Origin: an uncultured virus (IMG/VR IMGVR_UViG_3300033112_000355)
Taxonomy: Duplodnaviria > Heunggongvirae > Uroviricota > Caudoviricetes
IMG/VR virus record: IMGVR_UViG_3300033112_000355
Direction: 5' to 3' (one strand)
Length of the DNA: 20,000 bases
The position numbers and the translations under genes were made by a program. Position 1 is the first letter of the stretch; each line of letters opens with the position of its first letter. Positions 15,897-20,000 of the stretch are shown piece after piece. The notes beneath the pieces are model-generated. The model was not told the DNA's origin and did no database searches. It saw only the letters and a list, made by a program, of their open reading frames with translations.

Positions 15897-16634
15897 TTAG
15901 ATTAAACCTTGAAAGTACTGGTACATGTCATTGGTTTGTTGAGACAATGAAGGTGATGAATTAATGTATGAACCAAGAAAGCTCCCAGCTCCGAGCGGAT
16001 TTAGAGCTTGCGAAACTAATTGCATCTTTAAATTATCTTTTAAAGATTCTTTGGTGCTCTTCTTCTTTTTTGTTCTGCCTTGTCTACTGTCTAATAATCC
16101 TTGGGCATAAGCTTGATAAATATCTCTTTCACGCTCAACTTCTGAGTAAGGCTGCGACAATGGAGCATTGGGATCCATTATTGACTCAGTCTTTTTTGAA
16201 GGGTCAAGATGGAGAACTTGGATGTCATATGGACGGCCCTGTTCATCTGTAACAGATACTGTGCCCATTCCATCTCCAGGCATAAAAGATCCGGCTCCCT
16301 TGTAGCCAATCTGTGTGCCGATAGGAATACCGCCTACATCAATACCAGAGTGAAATGTAGAAGCTCCTTTGGTAGGTGCAACTCTAGTCCCATATTCCGA
16401 TGTGATTGGATAATTCCAGCTCCATTGGCCCTTTTCATTTTTTTGGACTAAGGGTGTCTGTCCTTCACCAACTACAACGTTCTGTAAGATAGACCTTGCA
16501 TATCTTGGGTTAATCTTTTCGCCCTTCTTTTCACCAAACTGTGGGATTACTCTGAAGTCAAGGTGTGGCCCAGTCGAAGCAAACCGATCCTTCTTAGGAT
16601 CAATAACACCTCCTATAGGTACAAACTGTGCCAC
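15897..16634 (-). CDS. M23-family peptidase-like protein, circularly permuted
   Basis: STGPHLDFRV...INP precedes PITSEYGTR...FHSGID...GT...LHL, the reverse of the canonical motif order. Confidence 0.72.
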   Translation of the reverse strand: MAQFVPIGGVIDPKKDRFASTGPHLDFRVIPQFGEKKGEKINPRYARSILQNVVVGEGQTPLVQKNEKGQWSWNYPITSEYGTRVAPTKGASTFHSGIDVGGIPIGTQIGYKGAGSFMPGDGMGTVSVTDEQGRPYDIQVLHLDPSKKTESIMDPNAPLSQPYSEVERERDIYQAYAQGLLDSRQGRTKKKKSTKESLKDNLKMQLVSQALNPLGAGSFLGSYINSSPSLSQQTNDMYQYFQGLI

Positions 16635-16667
16635 AACAACTACCTTTTTATTAATTATAAAATAAAT

Positions 16668-16688
16668 AAGCCCTCTTAAAGAGGGCTT
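16668..16688 (-). terminator. Probable intrinsic terminator
   Basis: AAGCCCTCT-taa-AGAGGGCTT inverted repeat just after the stop at 16692, followed on the minus strand by ATTTATTTT. Confidence 0.7.
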
Positions 16689-16691
16689 GTA

Positions 16692-17102
16692 TCAGATGCG
16701 AATCAAATCAGCCGCCATAACCGCTTCCCAATCAACTGTCTTAACAGTCTTCAATTGATCAAGGTTAGAGAATCTTTCACCCGAAAGAGACATCTGAAGT
16801 TCCTTGATCTTCTTGGCTGTTTTGATGCCAACGCCTTTGATATGATCAGCGATCATTTGAGCAGAAGCGTTATTGATGTTCAGTCTTGTATCAGGTGGAA
16901 AGTCCCTAGGCGTTTCTTTGTTGGCTCGATCTTTAACTTGTAAAGACTTTACCTTCTTGGTAGCTGTCGAATCCTCTTCAATTTCTTCACGCCAAACAGT
17001 GAAAAGGCGACCTTCGGAGTCTTGGACCATCCTCCAATCGCCGTTGTCCCACTCCGTAATTACTTTAAGAGTGGCCCCCGTTTTTTTGTGACGGTATAAC
17101 AT
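16692..17102 (-). CDS. Helix-hairpin-helix (ComEA-like) DNA-binding domain protein
   Basis: RLNINNASAQMIADHIKGVGIKTAKKI...RFSNLDQL matches the ComEA/HHH_3 pattern. Confidence 0.75.
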   Translation of the reverse strand: MLYRHKKTGATLKVITEWDNGDWRMVQDSEGRLFTVWREEIEEDSTATKKVKSLQVKDRANKETPRDFPPDTRLNINNASAQMIADHIKGVGIKTAKKIKELQMSLSGERFSNLDQLKTVKTVDWEAVMAADLIRI

Positions 17103-17130
17103 AAGACCAGTAAAATTTTACTGGTCTTAT
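17101..17130. repeat. 30-bp perfect palindrome (terminator or regulatory hairpin)
   Basis: ATAAGACCAGTAAAATTTTACTGGTCTTAT is its own reverse complement and overlaps the ATG at 17102. Confidence 0.85.
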
Positions 17131-17140
17131 TTTAACCTAT

Positions 17141-17953
17141 TCAGCTGCCGCTGCTAACAATTTTGTTAGGCAGATAAGCTTCAATGTCGTTGTAATCAGC
17201 AGCAACATCAGGTTGGATGTAGCAAAGCTCAACAACAATGTAGCCGTAGTTTCCAGCAGTGGCGTCTCCAGAGGAGATGTAGAAACCACCAGAGACAGCG
17301 GTAGCGTTACCGGAAGCCTTTGCGTAGACCTTGAAGGTCGTGGCAGCGGTGTTCTCGCGGTAAACCTTACCTGCAGTGACACCAGCAGCGCCGGTAGCAG
17401 TCAGGAAAGGAGTTGTGCTGGTAGCAGAAGAGCCACCTGCAAAGTAGATTTCACCAGCCTGGCTACCAGAAGTGGTAGAGGAAAGGTTGGCTTGGATCAG
17501 TCCCTCACCGACGCCAGAAGCGGCGACAGGTGAACCACTGTTATCGCGACCGAAGGAGATCACGTTTCCAGTAGCTGCATACACACCAGAGGCAGTGCGG
17601 TTGTCACCCCAGCCAGAGGCGATGGCAACAGTGGCGCGATAGCCGTAGGCAGGAAGGTCAGAAGAACCGGAGATCACCATTCCGGTGATGTTGGTACGGG
17701 TGTCGTCATTCCGGTAGGGGGAGGGGACGATCACGTCAGCGGAGTTAACAGCACCACCACCAGAGGTTGTGGTGACTTTCACATAACCGCGCTGTTGGAA
17801 ATAGCGGTAACCGGGGATGGCCAGCACAGAAGTGGGGCCAGCTTTGGAAGCATTGTTGGTACCGTCTTGATTAGAATCAATATTCTTGTACCAACCGTTT
17901 AAAGCTTCCGTCCAGTTACCTGGATAGATTTTCTTAGCGGACAAGTAGGTCAT
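17141..17953 (-). CDS. Capsid-associated structural protein (decoration/minor capsid, putative)
   Basis: 270-aa S/T/G/A-rich ORF directly downstream of the capsid gene, with an AGGAGA RBS and a similar GC-richer codon bias. Confidence 0.6.
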   Translation of the reverse strand: MTYLSAKKIYPGNWTEALNGWYKNIDSNQDGTNNASKAGPTSVLAIPGYRYFQQRGYVKVTTTSGGGAVNSADVIVPSPYRNDDTRTNITGMVISGSSDLPAYGYRATVAIASGWGDNRTASGVYAATGNVISFGRDNSGSPVAASGVGEGLIQANLSSTTSGSQAGEIYFAGGSSATSTTPFLTATGAAGVTAGKVYRENTAATTFKVYAKASGNATAVSGGFYISSGDATAGNYGYIVVELCYIQPDVAADYNDIEAYLPNKIVSSGS

Positions 17954-17993
17954 TTATCTCTCCTATTGAGGTTTTCGTTTTACTTAATTAGGC

Positions 17994-19980
17994 TCAAATC
18001 GTGCCGTCGTCCTGAACAAAGCTGAATGCAGTGGTGATGAAGTCCTTGTTGAGGATTTCGAAACCAGCATAGAGTTGCCAGATAAGGATGATGAACCGGC
18101 TGAAGTCATCATTGTTGTTAATGAGGACTTGAGCGTTGGGGCCGCCGATACCAACACCGATGGACTGAGGACCGAAGAAGTAACCCTGAGCAACTTCCTT
18201 GGAGGCATAGCTGCTGCCGCCATCGAAAGAGGTGGTGACGTTCTTGGTGGGGAAGTTCGTTGACTCGTAGAACTTGACACCTTCGAACTGCACGCCGGTA
18301 GGCATGACTGGCTCACCAGCCAGGAAGTAGGCTTGGCCAGCCTGAGGACCCATGTAGAAGCTGGAGTTATTAGGCATCATGGGGTTGCCCATGTACATGC
18401 CTTGTCCAGGATTGCCACTGTAGCGAGCGATCTCGCGGAAGTCCTCGTCACGACGCAGGTGCATCATGAAGGTGGGATCGCAGATACAACGATACAGACC
18501 GTCAGCGAAAGTCGGCACGTTGCGCTTACGCATTTGCTTGACAACAGTCAGCAGGTCGGTACGCACGGAGAACTGCTGAACTTGAGCAGCATACTCAGCA
18601 GCGGTGTAGGAAATACGGCCAGTGGCATCCTTCTCTTTGCTGCCAGCAAAGTAGTAACCACCGATGTCATCAGAAGCCGCGCCATTGGCTTCAGCTTTGG
18701 CCATTTCGTCAATGAAGACGCGGTCACGCCAACGACGATAATCGTCCAGCAGAGTCAGAGAACCGATGCTCTGGTGGAACATGTTCAGGTTGCCGGTGTC
18801 TAACAGCAGGCGCTGTGCAGTCACCAGGGTCTCCCGGGCAATTTTAAAAGTAGAAGGCTGGGTAGGATCGCCAGGATCTGCAGGACCAGTGTACTCCTTC
18901 AGCACAACAAGCACCTTCTCCTTGGTGATGTTGCGGCTGTTGGCGGTACCGATGGTCTGATCGGAGACGCGCTCACGGCTCTCCTTGGTTCCAGGGGTTC
19001 CCCAGAACTTATAGCGGTCTAGCTGAACGGTTTGACCGGGCTGGCGAGTGAAGTCATGAACGACCACAGGCTCAGCGGCCATCTCGCAGATATAAGCGGG
19101 GTGAGGGCGGTAAAGCTCAGCACCTAGCAGTTTTGGAAAATCGTTCTCCTGGTCTCCAATTTCTTAGAGGGGTGGACCATCTCTTCATCCCAGTGGGATG
19201 CCGGACGCTGTATCTGGTATTACGTTACAAGATCGTGTAACCCCCAGTGGCCTCTGCACGTTCCAATCACGGGCTTGATTGGCTTCGCTCAGGATTACCC
19301 TCGGCTTTACGTTAGGGCTTCCCTGAATTCATCCAGTTTTCACTTAACGATTGCTCGATAAGGTGACAACGCTTGAGAAGTTCAGGTGAGGTAAAATTTG
19401 GAAACTTGTTCATAAACAAAATGAATCCAAAATTAGTTTCGGGATTTGGTAACCTCTACTTGACTGAAACTGGTAAAGCTTTTGAAAAACACCTGGACAA
19501 AGATGACCAAGAATATTTTCAAGAACTACCCGTACAATCCACTAGCAAATATGATCGAATCTCAGTTCTTGTTGACGGTAAAAGAAAAAGATTTAATTTA
19601 CACGTTTTAATGGCGGTTGCTTTCTTAGGTTTAGACTTGCGGTCCCATGGGACACACAATTTTTCTTTACAAGTTAATCACATAGATAACAATAAAAGAA
19701 ATAACAATCTTAATAACTTAGAGATTGTTACTAAACAAGAAAACCTTACAAGGACCTGGATCGAAAATGATCAAACTCACAAGGGTTTTGCAAGTAAAGG
19801 GAAGGCGAAAAAATCACTTAGGAAATTTTCAACCGAAGATGTGATTCAGATTAAAGCTTTAAAAGAAGCTGGTCTCTCTTATAGAAAGATTGCTGAAAAG
19901 TTTAACTGCAATCACGGAGCTATTTACCAAATGCTGAAAGGAAATACCTACCAGGATCTGAACTAGCTATCAATGAACAC
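17994..19980 (-). CDS. Major capsid protein, spliced: exon 1 19969..19980 plus exon 2 17994..19145, 387 aa
   Basis: GGAGG (19991-19995) lies 10 nt before GTG TTC ATT GAT. The joined product is MFID-NDFPKLLGAELYRPHPAYICEMAAEPVVVHDFTRQPGQTVQLDRY. Size, PG.TV motif, GVQFEGVKFYES motif and codon bias fit an HK97-fold capsid protein. Confidence 0.85.
19146..19968 (-). ncRNA. Group I self-splicing intron, 823 nt
   Basis: The 5' exon ends in U and the intron ends in G. Core elements: P GAAUUCAGGG (19321-19330), Q AAUCCUGAGC (19287-19296), R GUGCAGAGGCCA (19248-19259), S GAAGAGAUGGUCC (19174-19186). P1, P3, P7, P8, P9 and P10 pairings were checked by eye. Confidence 0.93.
19421..19966 (+). CDS. Intron-encoded HNH homing endonuclease (I-HmuI/HNH_3-like) with C-terminal HTH, antisense to the intron
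   Basis: LHVLMAVAFL...VNHIDNNKRNNNLNNLEIVTKQEN plus HTH GLSYRKIAEKFNCNHGAIYQM. ATG 19421 is preferred, with TAAAAT 23 nt upstream. Confidence 0.9.
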   Translation: MNPKLVSGFGNLYLTETGKAFEKHLDKDDQEYFQELPVQSTSKYDRISVLVDGKRKRFNLHVLMAVAFLGLDLRSHGTHNFSLQVNHIDNNKRNNNLNNLEIVTKQENLTRTWIENDQTHKGFASKGKAKKSLRKFSTEDVIQIKALKEAGLSYRKIAEKFNCNHGAIYQMLKGNTYQDLN

Positions 19981-20000
19981 TTTGGTTTATCCTCCAGTGT

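Noticed and set aside
995..17091. Other short nested ORFs (995..1180, 1943..2146, 2194..2385, 2754..2954, 2902..3111, 4296..4571, 7597..7794, 10747..11193, 11347..11550, 14760..15038, 15968..16252, 16209..16451, 16755..16943, 16873..17091)
   Set aside because: They overlap better-supported genes and have no independent signals.
16692..17102. PsbU photosystem II auxiliary gene
   Set aside because: It shares only the HhH-like fold, has no signal peptide, and GVGIKTA is a DNA-binding HhH motif.
17137..18960. Alternative-frame and antisense ORFs (17137..17382, 17213..17533, 17984..18316, 18075..18263, 18333..18803, 18766..18960)
   Set aside because: They are shadows of the strongly codon-biased capsid-region genes and carry no recognisable motifs.
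17994..19082. ORF-track capsid start at ATG 19082
   Set aside because: It has no clear SD, the frame continues for 21 more codons to the intron 3' splice site, and a GGAGG-GTG micro-exon exists at 19969-19980.
19146..19370. tRNA gene or tRNA-Leu intron locus
   Set aside because: The core resembles the tRNA-Leu intron, but the flanks are protein-coding exons and no cloverleaf is visible.
19373..19420. TTG 19373 as the HNH start
   Set aside because: It overlaps the intron P1 strands and lies upstream of the putative TAAAAT promoter, so ATG 19421 fits better.
19146..19968. Intein or IS element in the capsid gene
   Set aside because: The insert has in-frame stops, no transposase, terminal inverted repeats or target duplication, and it shows full group I RNA features.
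1..20000. CRISPR array, rRNA, tRNA, reverse transcriptase or DGR repeats
   Set aside because: No regularly spaced repeats, RNA-gene signatures or RT motifs were seen by eye.

Overview
This 20 kb window is part of a dsDNA tailed phage genome, most likely a cyanophage (NblA-like gene, cyanobacterial-type integrase remnant, cyanobacterial LexA-like box). From left to right it holds: a partial Thr/Ser/Gly-repeat fibre gene; a + strand block (HTH protein, Dam-like methyltransferase with an altered catalytic motif, dCTP deaminase, DUF3310-type protein); NblA-like and GH24 lysozyme genes; small basic proteins; a 938-aa probable virion protein; a free-standing HNH; a Xis-like/degenerate integrase pair; and a long minus-strand structural block (split-SWIM protein, SLT-like hydrolase, circularly permuted M23 peptidase, HhH protein, capsid-associated protein, major capsid protein). 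The main result is that the major capsid gene is split after codon 4 (MFID|NDFPK) by an 823-nt group I intron (19146..19968, minus strand) whose core can be folded by eye. Its P1 loop carries an HNH homing endonuclease gene on the opposite strand, apparently with its own promoter. A TA(T/G/A)AAT hexamer recurs 19-26 nt upstream of at least 13 start codons. All family assignments come from motif recognition by eye; no searches were run.
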